Shown here in pieces: positions 8,550-19,653 of a DNA stretch of 64,000 bases. The stretch's first letter is position 1, and every line of letters starts with the position of its first letter. Location of the stretch: assembly GCA_045631285.1 (NCBI GenBank), contig JAZQUL010000091.1, positions 1,208 to 65,207 of the forward strand, given 5' to 3'. Under the pieces are notes generated by a model. It was not told the origin of the DNA and searched no databases. It was given only the letters and a program-made list of their open reading frames with translations. This DNA is from Faecousia sp. GTDB taxonomy: Bacteria > Bacillota > Clostridia > Oscillospirales > Oscillospiraceae. The translations under genes were made by a program, and so were the position numbers.

Positions 8550-10925
8550 TTATCGAAATTCTGCAATGGTAACACCGTCTTCACCTTCTCCGTACACACC
8601 AAGACGGAAGGTTTTGACAAATTTATTCTTTTTCAGCGCCTGATGGACTGCAGCCCTAAGAACACCCGTACCCTTTCCGTGAATAATGCGAACGCTGTGG
8701 GCATTTCCGCGCATTGCTTCATCCATATAGTGCTCCAACACGCAAATGGCTTCAACCGAGTCCATACCCCGCAAGTCGACCTCAGATGCAGGTGCAGACA
8801 TTTTCATTTCCCGGCCGGAATGAGCAGGCCGCGGCGCCTTTTGCTTGTACGGATTTTCAAATTCCAGCAGATAAACCTCGTCCTGTTTTACAGTCATTTT
8901 CAAGATACCCGCCTGTAACTGGAGAGTTCCGTCTTTATTGATGGCGACAACATTTGCTTTTGTTCCCAGCTTCAGGAGTTCCACTGTGTCACCTACCAGG
9001 ATGCCTCTGGAAGGCGTTGGCCGTTTCTTTTCCTGCTGACCTGCGCGGATACGGTCTTCCGCCTCATTCAGGCTCTTGCGAAGCTCTGACTGCCGCTGAT
9101 TGACATTGGAGGCATCTCCCTCAGCAAGCTGTTTACGAAGCGCTTTTAATTCATCGCTGGCGGCATTAGCAGCCCGACGGGCTTCCTCAATAATACTTTG
9201 TGCATCCCGTCTTGCCTGCTCCAGGGCTTTCTCACGTTCCCGGTCAAGCTGCTCCCGGTAAGCCTCGCTTTTTGCTTTGATATTGGCAGTCTCCTGGCGA
9301 AGCCGCTCCGCCTCCGCGCGAGCGCCCTCCATCTGCTGCCGCTGTTCCTCCAACTGACCCAGCACCGTTTCAAAATCCCTGTCACTTTTACCAACCAAAT
9401 CGTTGGCTTCCTTCAGAATATCTTCGGAGAGGCCCAGTTTTCTGGAAATTGCAAAGGCGTTGGATTTGCCGGGAATGCCAATGAGCAGCTTATAGGTAGG
9501 CTGCAAGGTTTCCACGTTAAACTCGCAGGATGCATTTACAACGCCCTCTGTTCGCATCGCATACAGTTTAAGCTCTGCATAGTGGGTAGTGGCCATCACC
9601 TGACTGCCCAGCTTGCGGCAATACTCAATCAGCGCGATAGCAAGGGCCGCGCCCTCTGCCGGATCAGTTCCTGCGCCCAATTCATCAAAGAGCACCAATG
9701 TGCGATCGTTGCAACATTCTACAATCTCCACAATGGTACGCATATGGCTGGAAAACGTAGACAAACTCTGGGCAATGGACTGCTCATCGCCAATATCCGC
9801 AAGAATTGCTTCAAAGGTCGAAAGCTGACTGCCATCTCCGGCAGGGATATGGAGGCCACATTCCGCCATCAATGTCAACAGACCCACCGTCTTTAATGTG
9901 ACTGTCTTACCGCCTGTATTCGGACCGGTAATAATCATAGAATCAAAATCGCCGCCAAGATGGACGGAAATCGGTACAACCTTCTTGGGGTCAATGAGCG
10001 GATGCCTTGCCTTCCGCAGGTCAATTTTTCCGGTATCGTTCATAATGGGCGCCCAGGCGCGCATACGGTACGCAAGCCGCGCCTTTGCGAAAATCACGTC
10101 CAAACGGACAAGAAGCATACAGTTCTGCAGAATTTCTTCCTGCTTTGCAGCTACATCTGCGCTCATTTCTGACAGAATTCGCTCAATCTCCTTTTGCTCC
10201 TGCAGCTCCAGTTCACGAAGGGCGTTATTGGCGTTGACAGCTGACATCGGCTCGATAAAATAAGTGGAGCCGGTGGAGGATACGTCGTGAACGAGACCGG
10301 CCACATCATTTTTGCACTCGCTTTTTACCGGCACAACATATCGGCCCTGTCGAATGGTGATGATAGGCTCCCGCAAAAGCTTTGCGTATGCCGGAGAAGA
10401 AATCACCTTTTGCAGAGAGTCCTTAATTTTTGCGCTTTGTATCCGCATATGGCGGCGGATATCCGCAAGGGCAGGACTGGCGTTATCAGCAATCTCCTCT
10501 TCCGAGAGAATCGCGCCAAAGATTTTGTCCTCCAGGTATTTATTGGGACAAAGCATCCGGAACATCGGGTCAAGCACCGTATCCTTCTCATCGTCAGATA
10601 TATAGCTTTTCACCGTTCGGGTGCAACGCAAAACACCGGCAATAGACAATAGTTCAGCAGGATGCAGCGTACCGCCCCGGTGCGCCCGGTCCAGTGCAGG
10701 CGCCACATTTTTAACACCTGCAAAACTGGGATTCCCTTTTTGGGTGCAAAGATCGACTGCCGCAGTGGTTTCTGCAAGCAATAGATTTACATCCTCTAAA
10801 TCGGAGGTAGGCACCAAGGCTCTGCAAGCTTCCTTTCCCTCTTCGCTGCCTGCACAGTCAGAAAGCATAGAGAGAATTTGGTCAAGCTCCAATTTATACA
10901 GAGATTTTTCGTATAATTTTTGCAT
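8550..10925 (-). CDS. mutS2: MutS2 endonuclease / ribosome-rescue factor
   Basis: ITGPNTGGKT, QSLSTFSSHM, LFDELGAGTDP, C-terminal Smr domain (DLRG..IIHGKGTG). Confidence 0.95.
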   Translation of the reverse strand: MQKLYEKSLYKLELDQILSMLSDCAGSEEGKEACRALVPTSDLEDVNLLLAETTAAVDLCTQKGNPSFAGVKNVAPALDRAHRGGTLHPAELLSIAGVLRCTRTVKSYISDDEKDTVLDPMFRMLCPNKYLEDKIFGAILSEEEIADNASPALADIRRHMRIQSAKIKDSLQKVISSPAYAKLLREPIITIRQGRYVVPVKSECKNDVAGLVHDVSSTGSTYFIEPMSAVNANNALRELELQEQKEIERILSEMSADVAAKQEEILQNCMLLVRLDVIFAKARLAYRMRAWAPIMNDTGKIDLRKARHPLIDPKKVVPISVHLGGDFDSMIITGPNTGGKTVTLKTVGLLTLMAECGLHIPAGDGSQLSTFEAILADIGDEQSIAQSLSTFSSHMRTIVEIVECCNDRTLVLFDELGAGTDPAEGAALAIALIEYCRKLGSQVMATTHYAELKLYAMRTEGVVNASCEFNVETLQPTYKLLIGIPGKSNAFAISRKLGLSEDILKEANDLVGKSDRDFETVLGQLEEQRQQMEGARAEAERLRQETANIKAKSEAYREQLDREREKALEQARRDAQSIIEEARRAANAASDELKALRKQLAEGDASNVNQRQSELRKSLNEAEDRIRAGQQEKKRPTPSRGILVGDTVELLKLGTKANVVAINKDGTLQLQAGILKMTVKQDEVYLLEFENPYKQKAPRPAHSGREMKMSAPASEVDLRGMDSVEAICVLEHYMDEAMRGNAHSVRIIHGKGTGVLRAAVHQALKKNKFVKTFRLGVYGEGEDGVTIAEFR

Positions 10926-10938
10926 TGTTAACTCCTAA

Positions 10939-11691
10939 CTACATCGTAGTTGTAAGTAAAGATTTATAAAAATCAAGAGCGGAAAAACCACGTTCCAACT
11001 GGGTGCATAAATAGCTTTCCGTCAGTTGGGATAAGGCAAGCATAGTTTCCTCCCCGGCTTGAAATGAAAATAATTTCTTCGGGTGGCAGGAACAGATATA
11101 CCGCATAGCAGCAAGGATACTTTCATTGACCGGGTAACGGATACCGTCTGAGTCATAATCGCGACAAGCAGCGCACTCCAGTATTCCCTGGGAAATATCC
11201 AAATATTGGGGGGATTCTGAACCGCAATGCACGCAGCCGCTAAGGTCCGGCGTATAACCGGCAAGGGCCGCGCAGCGCAGTTCAAATACGGATTTGATTT
11301 GCAAATGAGATTTTTCCGTAGATGTAATTGCGTACAGACAGTTTAGGACAAGCGATAGAATTTCTCCGTTTGGCGCATCCTCAAGGGAAACAATATCGGC
11401 CACCTGTGCAAAATATGTACCCAGAGACAGCGACACGATGTCCTTGTGCAGTCCCTGGAACAGCTCTATGCTGTGGGCTTCGTTAACCGTATACATTCCC
11501 TTATAGAAAAAGAGCGTGTATTCTCCATAAGCAAGAAGTTGACATGGCGCAATAAGCGGACTGTTCTTCCGACGCAGTCCCCGGGCTTTCACCGTCAGCT
11601 TTCCCTGATCCTCCGTCAGCAACGTCAGGATTGCATCCGTGTCTTTATATGGATTGACTCGTAACACAAGTCCCCGTACTGTCAGATACAT
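10939..11691 (-). CDS. recO: DNA repair protein RecO
   Basis: OB-fold N-terminus GKLTVKARG; CVHC..CAAC zinc motif; downstream of era. Confidence 0.92.
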   Translation of the reverse strand: MYLTVRGLVLRVNPYKDTDAILTLLTEDQGKLTVKARGLRRKNSPLIAPCQLLAYGEYTLFFYKGMYTVNEAHSIELFQGLHKDIVSLSLGTYFAQVADIVSLEDAPNGEILSLVLNCLYAITSTEKSHLQIKSVFELRCAALAGYTPDLSGCVHCGSESPQYLDISQGILECAACRDYDSDGIRYPVNESILAAMRYICSCHPKKLFSFQAGEETMLALSQLTESYLCTQLERGFSALDFYKSLLTTTM

Positions 11692-11785
11692 ATTGCTCCT
11701 CCGACCTCTTTGCTTCCTGATAGTAAACATACATTTCCGGCGCGCCGGTTTCTAAAAACAAGTCCCAAAAAAACGCAGAATTCAT
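11645..11785 (-). CDS. YqzL-like small protein
   Basis: MNSAFFWDLFLETGAPEMYVYYQE; SD GGAGG; era-yqzL-recO synteny. Confidence 0.7.
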   Translation of the reverse strand: MNSAFFWDLFLETGAPEMYVYYQEAKRSEEQYVSDSTGTCVTSQSI

Positions 11786-11838
11786 TTCCATCCCTCCGGT
11801 CATAGGATTTACCGAATCCCGGAAGATACCCTTGGAAA

Positions 11839-12726
11839 TTATTCTCTGTAACCAAAATTCCGAACGAGAAAATCGCTGTCCCGCCAGTTTTCTTTGACCT
11901 TTACCCAAGTGGTCAAAAACACCTTTGTGCCCATAAAGCGCTCGCAATCCTGTCGGGCAGAGGCAGAAATCTTTTTAAGCATCTCGCCGCCTTTGCCGAT
12001 GATAATGCCCTTATGGCTGGCTTTTTCGCAATAAATGGTGGCATCAATATCAATAATGCCGTTATCCCGTTCCGTAAAGCGGGTAATTTCGACAGCCGTT
12101 CCGTGGGGAATTTCGCGGTCTAAGTTCCAAAGAAGCTTCTCCCGGATAATTTCTGCCATTACCTGTCGCTCCGGCTGGTCGGTTGTAATATCCTCCGGGA
12201 ACAGGAACGGTCCTTCTTCAGCATATGCGCTGCAAATATCTAAAAGTGCATCGACCCCATCCCCCGTGCGGGCAGAAATCGGGATGATCGCCTTAAAATC
12301 TGCTGCCTTGCTATACGCATCGATAACAGATAACAGGCTCTCTTTTTCAACAGTATCAATTTTATTGATAGCAAGCACAACAGGGCATTTTTTGCCGCTG
12401 AGCTGTTCAATCAAAACTTCCTCCTGCGTGCCGACAGATGCAATAGGTTCTACAACGAGAATGGTCAAATCTACATCGGAAATGGATTCCTTTGTGACCT
12501 CCACCATATAATCACCCAGCTTGGTTCTAGGCTTGTGGAAGCCCGGTGTGTCCACAAAAACAAACTGGGTCTCTTCCTTTGTTACAATGCCGCAAATCCG
12601 GTTACGGGTGGTCTGGGGCTTATTGGACACAATTGCGATTTTCTCACCCACCAAGTAATTGGTCAAGGTAGATTTACCTACATTCGGACGGCCGGCAATG
12701 GCAATCATTGCAGTTTTTGTAGCCAT
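11839..12726 (-). CDS. era: GTPase Era
   Basis: GRPNVGKSTL, PQTTRN, DTPG, NKID, KH domain GIIIGKGG. Confidence 0.97.
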   Translation of the reverse strand: MATKTAMIAIAGRPNVGKSTLTNYLVGEKIAIVSNKPQTTRNRICGIVTKEETQFVFVDTPGFHKPRTKLGDYMVEVTKESISDVDLTILVVEPIASVGTQEEVLIEQLSGKKCPVVLAINKIDTVEKESLLSVIDAYSKAADFKAIIPISARTGDGVDALLDICSAYAEEGPFLFPEDITTDQPERQVMAEIIREKLLWNLDREIPHGTAVEITRFTERDNGIIDIDATIYCEKASHKGIIIGKGGEMLKKISASARQDCERFMGTKVFLTTWVKVKENWRDSDFLVRNFGYRE

Positions 12727-12750
12727 AATTTACTCCTTCGTATGTTACTT

Positions 12751-13254
12751 TCAATCTCGTTTCATTCCGGGAATCGTAGAGGCAATCTCCTCTTCCCTTT
12801 TACGCATCTGAGCCTTTTGCTCTCCATCATCCATATGGTCATAGCCAAGGAGATGGAGCATAGAATGAATGGTTAAATAGCCGATTTCCCGCCGCAGACT
12901 GTGGCCATAAGCTTTCGCCTGCGCTTCAGCACGCTGAAGGGAAATACACATATCGCCCAAAGGACAAAGACCGGTTTCCGGGTCTAAGTAAGCGTTCCAG
13001 TCCTCAACCTTCTCTCCCGGTGTAAGCTGGAACATAGGAAAGCTCAGCACGTCCGTGGTCTTGTCCAAATCACGATTGGCGCGGTTGACTGCGCGGATTC
13101 CCTCGTCATCGGTCACAAGTACATTAATTTCACAGGTAACCGGAATATTCTCCTCCTTCAAAACAGCCTCAATAGCCTTAGAAATCATTATTGTAACAAA
13201 GGGCCTTTTAAGGGAAAAACAGGAAAAAGCCATAGAAATCTTCATCTTTGCCAT
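12751..13254 (-). CDS. ybeY: rRNA maturation endoribonuclease YbeY
   Basis: TDVLSFP, HSMLHLLGYDH. Confidence 0.95.
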   Translation of the reverse strand: MAKMKISMAFSCFSLKRPFVTIMISKAIEAVLKEENIPVTCEINVLVTDDEGIRAVNRANRDLDKTTDVLSFPMFQLTPGEKVEDWNAYLDPETGLCPLGDMCISLQRAEAQAKAYGHSLRREIGYLTIHSMLHLLGYDHMDDGEQKAQMRKREEEIASTIPGMKRD

Positions 13255-14261
13255 TATTTTCTCCTCGCTTCCGTAGACTTTTTATTTACCGCAGGCGTTG
13301 CCTTCCGGTCTGCCCGCTCATAAGCGGAAATAATCTCCTGTACCAAGGCGTGACGCACCACGTCGGCAGCAGTCAGCTTGCATACGGCAATGTCCTTTAC
13401 ATCCTCCAGTACACGGATGGCATCCTTTAAACCGGAGGTTTTATCCGCAGGAAGGTCGATTTGGGTCACGTCACCGGTAATGACAATCTTCGAGCCAAAG
13501 CCAAGGCGGGTCAGGAACATCTTCATCTGCTCCTTGGTAGTGTTCTGGGCTTCATCGAGAATAATAAAGCTGTCGTCCAGCGTCCTGCCACGCATATAAG
13601 CAAGAGGCGCAACCTCAATAGAACCCCGCTCCTGATATTTTTGGAAGGTTTCCGCGCCAAGCATATCATACAGAGCATCGTAAAGAGGTCGCAGGTAGGG
13701 ATCGACCTTGTTTTGCAAATCACCGGGCAGAAAACCTAACCGCTCGCCTGCCTCTACCGCAGGTCGGGTCAGGATAATCCGGTTTACTGTCCGTTCCCGG
13801 AATGCAGCCACCGCAGCGGCAACAGCCAGATAGGTCTTACCCGTACCGGCAGGGCCAACACCGATGGTGACGGTGTTCTTCATAATGGCCTTGATATATT
13901 TCTGCTGACCGACTGTTTTTGCTTTAATGGGCTTTCCTTTGGCGGTAATGCACACCACATCCTTCGCCATTTGGGCAACCTGATCGTCATTTCCCTCATT
14001 AACGAGGGTAGTCAAATACCGCACTCTCTGCTCATCAATCATCTCGCCCTTGGCCGCCAAATGCAAAAGCCCTTCCAAGGTTCTGGCCGCCTTATCGGCA
14101 TTTTCCGGGTCGCCGGAAATCTTTAGCTCGGTATCCCGGTTGACGATAGTTACCCCAAAGGTCTCCTCAATGCGGCGGATATTTTCGTCGAAGGAACCAA
14201 ACACGCTGATAAGGTCCTCAACCCGCTCGGCATTTACAATTCTTTCCGCTTGTTTTGTCAT
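13254..14261 (-). CDS. phoH: PhoH-family ATPase
   Basis: GPAGTGKT, RPAVEAGERLGFLPGD, YMRGRTL. Confidence 0.95.
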   Translation of the reverse strand: MTKQAERIVNAERVEDLISVFGSFDENIRRIEETFGVTIVNRDTELKISGDPENADKAARTLEGLLHLAAKGEMIDEQRVRYLTTLVNEGNDDQVAQMAKDVVCITAKGKPIKAKTVGQQKYIKAIMKNTVTIGVGPAGTGKTYLAVAAAVAAFRERTVNRIILTRPAVEAGERLGFLPGDLQNKVDPYLRPLYDALYDMLGAETFQKYQERGSIEVAPLAYMRGRTLDDSFIILDEAQNTTKEQMKMFLTRLGFGSKIVITGDVTQIDLPADKTSGLKDAIRVLEDVKDIAVCKLTAADVVRHALVQEIISAYERADRKATPAVNKKSTEARRK

Positions 14262-15421
14262 GGATTTCCTAACTCCTCATTTGTGCTGATGCCAATCATC
14301 TCCAGGCAGCCATACTGCCCGGAAATACGGCAAATATAATCATCCTCTTCCAATGAAATGGATTCTTTCAATATAGTCCCTGCAATCATCTGCCCTTTGA
14401 GGTATTCCCGGGATGCTGTTTCTAAGAAAGAAAAATCATCGCCTTTTGCCGCAACTGTATCATAGTACATAATTTCCTGTCTGACAAGGGCAACTGGCAG
14501 CGTATAACCGCCCGGCAGGGTCAAATAGGTTCTTTCATACATTTTAACACATGACGTATGTAAAATTCCACTATCTTTATAGAAATTTATTTGTTTTTTT
14601 CCGATAATCAGGCTATATTTTTCCTCACGACGGAGGATTTCCGTTCTGTTATGGCCAGCCGCAAGGGTTACTGTCTCCATCACACGTTCCGTCTGTCCGT
14701 AAATTTCAGCTTCCGCGCCGGTAAATTTCAGGGAGATTCCGTAATCCTTATACCCGGAAACAAGCATCTGGCCAGCCTTTACCGCCTGTCCGACGCGACA
14801 CAACTTTGTACCACGGAGCACAGTAACTTGCTGTATAATAGCGTCCTGGGCCGCAATAATACTCCCTTTTACAGCCTCCTTTTTTGTTTCGCTTTTCTGC
14901 CGTTCACGGACAGAGATCACAGCCACACAGCCTCGTGTATTTACCCCTACCCATTGTAGCTGCGGGATTTTCTCAAGCAGCGCATTTTTAATACGTTCGC
15001 TTCGTACCTGCCGCCTGTTTGCGCCAAATACGATACCGCAGCTCTCAGCCGCCTCCAAAATCTGCCGGTCTGAAACAGAACTGTTCCCCTCCACCTGAAT
15101 AAAAAACACGCAGCTCGGTACTGCCAGTACGAAAAACACATAAAGCGCAATACCAACCGTTAGCACCGGGCGGCGCAGAAGGCTCCTGTATTTCCAGTAA
15201 AGTCCTTTTCGTCTAATAATCTCGATTTTTGTACCGCTTCCATCCAAAAGACCGCATATACGTTTATAATCTCCTCTAATTACGTCTAATTCCACTGTTA
15301 AGTCGTCAATATAACGAAGTGAGGACAGCACAATATTTACTTTTGTTAGTCTGTTAATCGCAGCGCCAATATCAGCGCTGGTCAGCCGTACGCTAACGGA
15401 CCCGGTCAATGAACGCCACAT
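14258..15421 (-). CDS. yqfD: Sporulation protein YqfD
   Basis: TM plus POTRA-like region, GQAVKAGQMLVSG; yqfC-yqfD-phoH synteny. Confidence 0.85.
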   Translation of the reverse strand: MWRSLTGSVSVRLTSADIGAAINRLTKVNIVLSSLRYIDDLTVELDVIRGDYKRICGLLDGSGTKIEIIRRKGLYWKYRSLLRRPVLTVGIALYVFFVLAVPSCVFFIQVEGNSSVSDRQILEAAESCGIVFGANRRQVRSERIKNALLEKIPQLQWVGVNTRGCVAVISVRERQKSETKKEAVKGSIIAAQDAIIQQVTVLRGTKLCRVGQAVKAGQMLVSGYKDYGISLKFTGAEAEIYGQTERVMETVTLAAGHNRTEILRREEKYSLIIGKKQINFYKDSGILHTSCVKMYERTYLTLPGGYTLPVALVRQEIMYYDTVAAKGDDFSFLETASREYLKGQMIAGTILKESISLEEDDYICRISGQYGCLEMIGISTNEELGNP

Positions 15422-15425
15422 TGTA

Positions 15426-15716
15426 TCACCGCCCTCTGCAAAGAATAATGCTGTCTACTAAGCCGGAAATAATCAGTTGCTGTTTGTTCATTCGCATCAA
15501 CCGCAATTCCTTTCCGCAGACGCGGATGCAGCCATAAGTGACCCTGACGCAAATCTCCGTATCTCCATATTGCACCACACCGCGGTGATTCTCAATCAGT
15601 ACCCGTCGCTGACCAACCAGCTCCACAAGCGACTGACCCGGCAGCGGCTCACCGGGAAGATCCATAGCATAGGCCATCTTATCAAGAAAACTCCCCTTAT
15701 TCTTCAATGCGATCAA
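15426..15716 (-). CDS. yqfC: YabP/YqfC-family sporulation protein
   Basis: VLIENHRGVVQY, synteny with yqfD. Confidence 0.85.
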   Translation of the reverse strand: MIALKNKGSFLDKMAYAMDLPGEPLPGQSLVELVGQRRVLIENHRGVVQYGDTEICVRVTYGCIRVCGKELRLMRMNKQQLIISGLVDSIILCRGR

Positions 15717-15790
15717 CTCCTTTTTCTAATTCTATGGCCGCAGGTGATGATAGTTGCCAACGGCGCATAGTTTCTTAGTGAGGTGATCCT

Positions 15791-16693
15791 ATGAAGAATA
15801 AGAGACTTGTAACTCTGGCTGTCAGCGCAATTGGAATACTGCTGCTCATATTGGACGCAAAAACTGCCCTTGCCTCCGCAACAGAAGGGATTACCCTTTG
15901 TTTAACCACAGTTATTCCCTCATTATTTCCTTTTTTCGTACTGTCTGCTGTTATAAACAGCGCGTTTTCCGGCACAAAGGTCTCTATTCTCCGCCCCATT
16001 TCCCGCCTGTGCCGCCTTCCGGCAGGCGCTGAATCCATTTTAATTTTGGGACTAATCGGTGGTTACCCCGTAGGCGCGGCAAGTATCAGTCAGGGGTATA
16101 AAACAGGAATCCTTTGTAAGAAAGACAGCGAAAGAATGTTGGCATTTTGCAACAATGCAGGCCCCGCTTTCATCTTCGGGCTGTTATCTCCAATACTAGG
16201 CAATATCAGCTTATGCTGGGCGCTTTGGATCATCCATATTTCCTCTGCAATTGTAGTAGGCATTCTTATCCCGGGCGGCAGCAAGGAAACCGTTACTGTT
16301 CACAGCGCACAGCCCCTCGGTGTAACCCAGGCTATGCAACTCGGCATCAAAAATATGGCAACTGTCTGCGGATGGGTCGTTTTGTTTCGTGTCATCCTTG
16401 GGTTTACGGAGCATTGGTTTTTGTGGCTTTTGCCCCCTGCATTCCAAACGGTCATTACCGGCATCCTGGAGCTGACCAACGGTTGCCTTTCTCTGGCGCA
16501 AATCGAAAGTGTTCCTCTGCGCTTTCTGCTGGCTGCTGGCTTTCTTTCCTTTGGCGGCATTTGCGTTGCTATGCAGACGGACTCTGTTATTGGAGAACTG
16601 TCATTACGCAAGTACTGCATTGGAAAACTGTTGCAAACAATATTAAGTATAGCTATGAGTTTTGTGTTTCTCACATTTTTCCCTTTGGGATAA
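15791..16693 (+). CDS. ylbJ: Sporulation integral membrane protein YlbJ-like
   Basis: VIPSLFPFF, GGYPVGA, FCNNAGPAFI, GILELTNG. Confidence 0.85.
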   Translation: MKNKRLVTLAVSAIGILLLILDAKTALASATEGITLCLTTVIPSLFPFFVLSAVINSAFSGTKVSILRPISRLCRLPAGAESILILGLIGGYPVGAASISQGYKTGILCKKDSERMLAFCNNAGPAFIFGLLSPILGNISLCWALWIIHISSAIVVGILIPGGSKETVTVHSAQPLGVTQAMQLGIKNMATVCGWVVLFRVILGFTEHWFLWLLPPAFQTVITGILELTNGCLSLAQIESVPLRFLLAAGFLSFGGICVAMQTDSVIGELSLRKYCIGKLLQTILSIAMSFVFLTFFPLG

Positions 16694-16762
16694 AAAAGCA
16701 GTAGCATTTCCGGAGAATATGCAGTATAATGAAGAAAATACCACACAGACGAGGTACATATT

Positions 16763-16972
16763 ATGCTGTTTCGAAGAAAAATACAAAGAAACTGTCTCCA
16801 CTGCCTGCACGCCACAGTTCTCAGTGAGACAGAGATTTTGTGTGTAAAACGTGGCATCCGCGCAGCGGATCAGCCGTGCCGCAAGTTTAAATACGACCCC
16901 TGTAAACGAATTCCACCCCGTCCCAAGGCGCCGGACTTTTCCGGCTACAACAAAGACGATTTCTCCCTATAA
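16763..16972 (+). CDS. Small Cys-rich hypothetical protein
   Basis: 69 aa, CLHCLH..C..C..C; SD GAGG; TATAAT upstream; ends just before a terminator. Confidence 0.6.
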   Translation: MLFRRKIQRNCLHCLHATVLSETEILCVKRGIRAADQPCRKFKYDPCKRIPPRPKAPDFSGYNKDDFSL

Positions 16973-16976
16973 TGTC

Positions 16977-17008
16977 AATCACCCGAGTGCTCAGCACCCG
17001 GGTGATTT
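16977..17008. terminator. Bidirectional terminator hairpin
   Basis: AATCACCCG-AGTGCT-C-AGCAC-CCGGGTGATT inverted repeat between convergent genes. Confidence 0.65.
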
Positions 17009-17010
17009 GT

Positions 17011-19609
<2,599 letters not shown>

Positions 19610-19653
19610 ACCGATCCCTCCCCAGACAGTATATGCTGCCGGGAAGAAAATCG

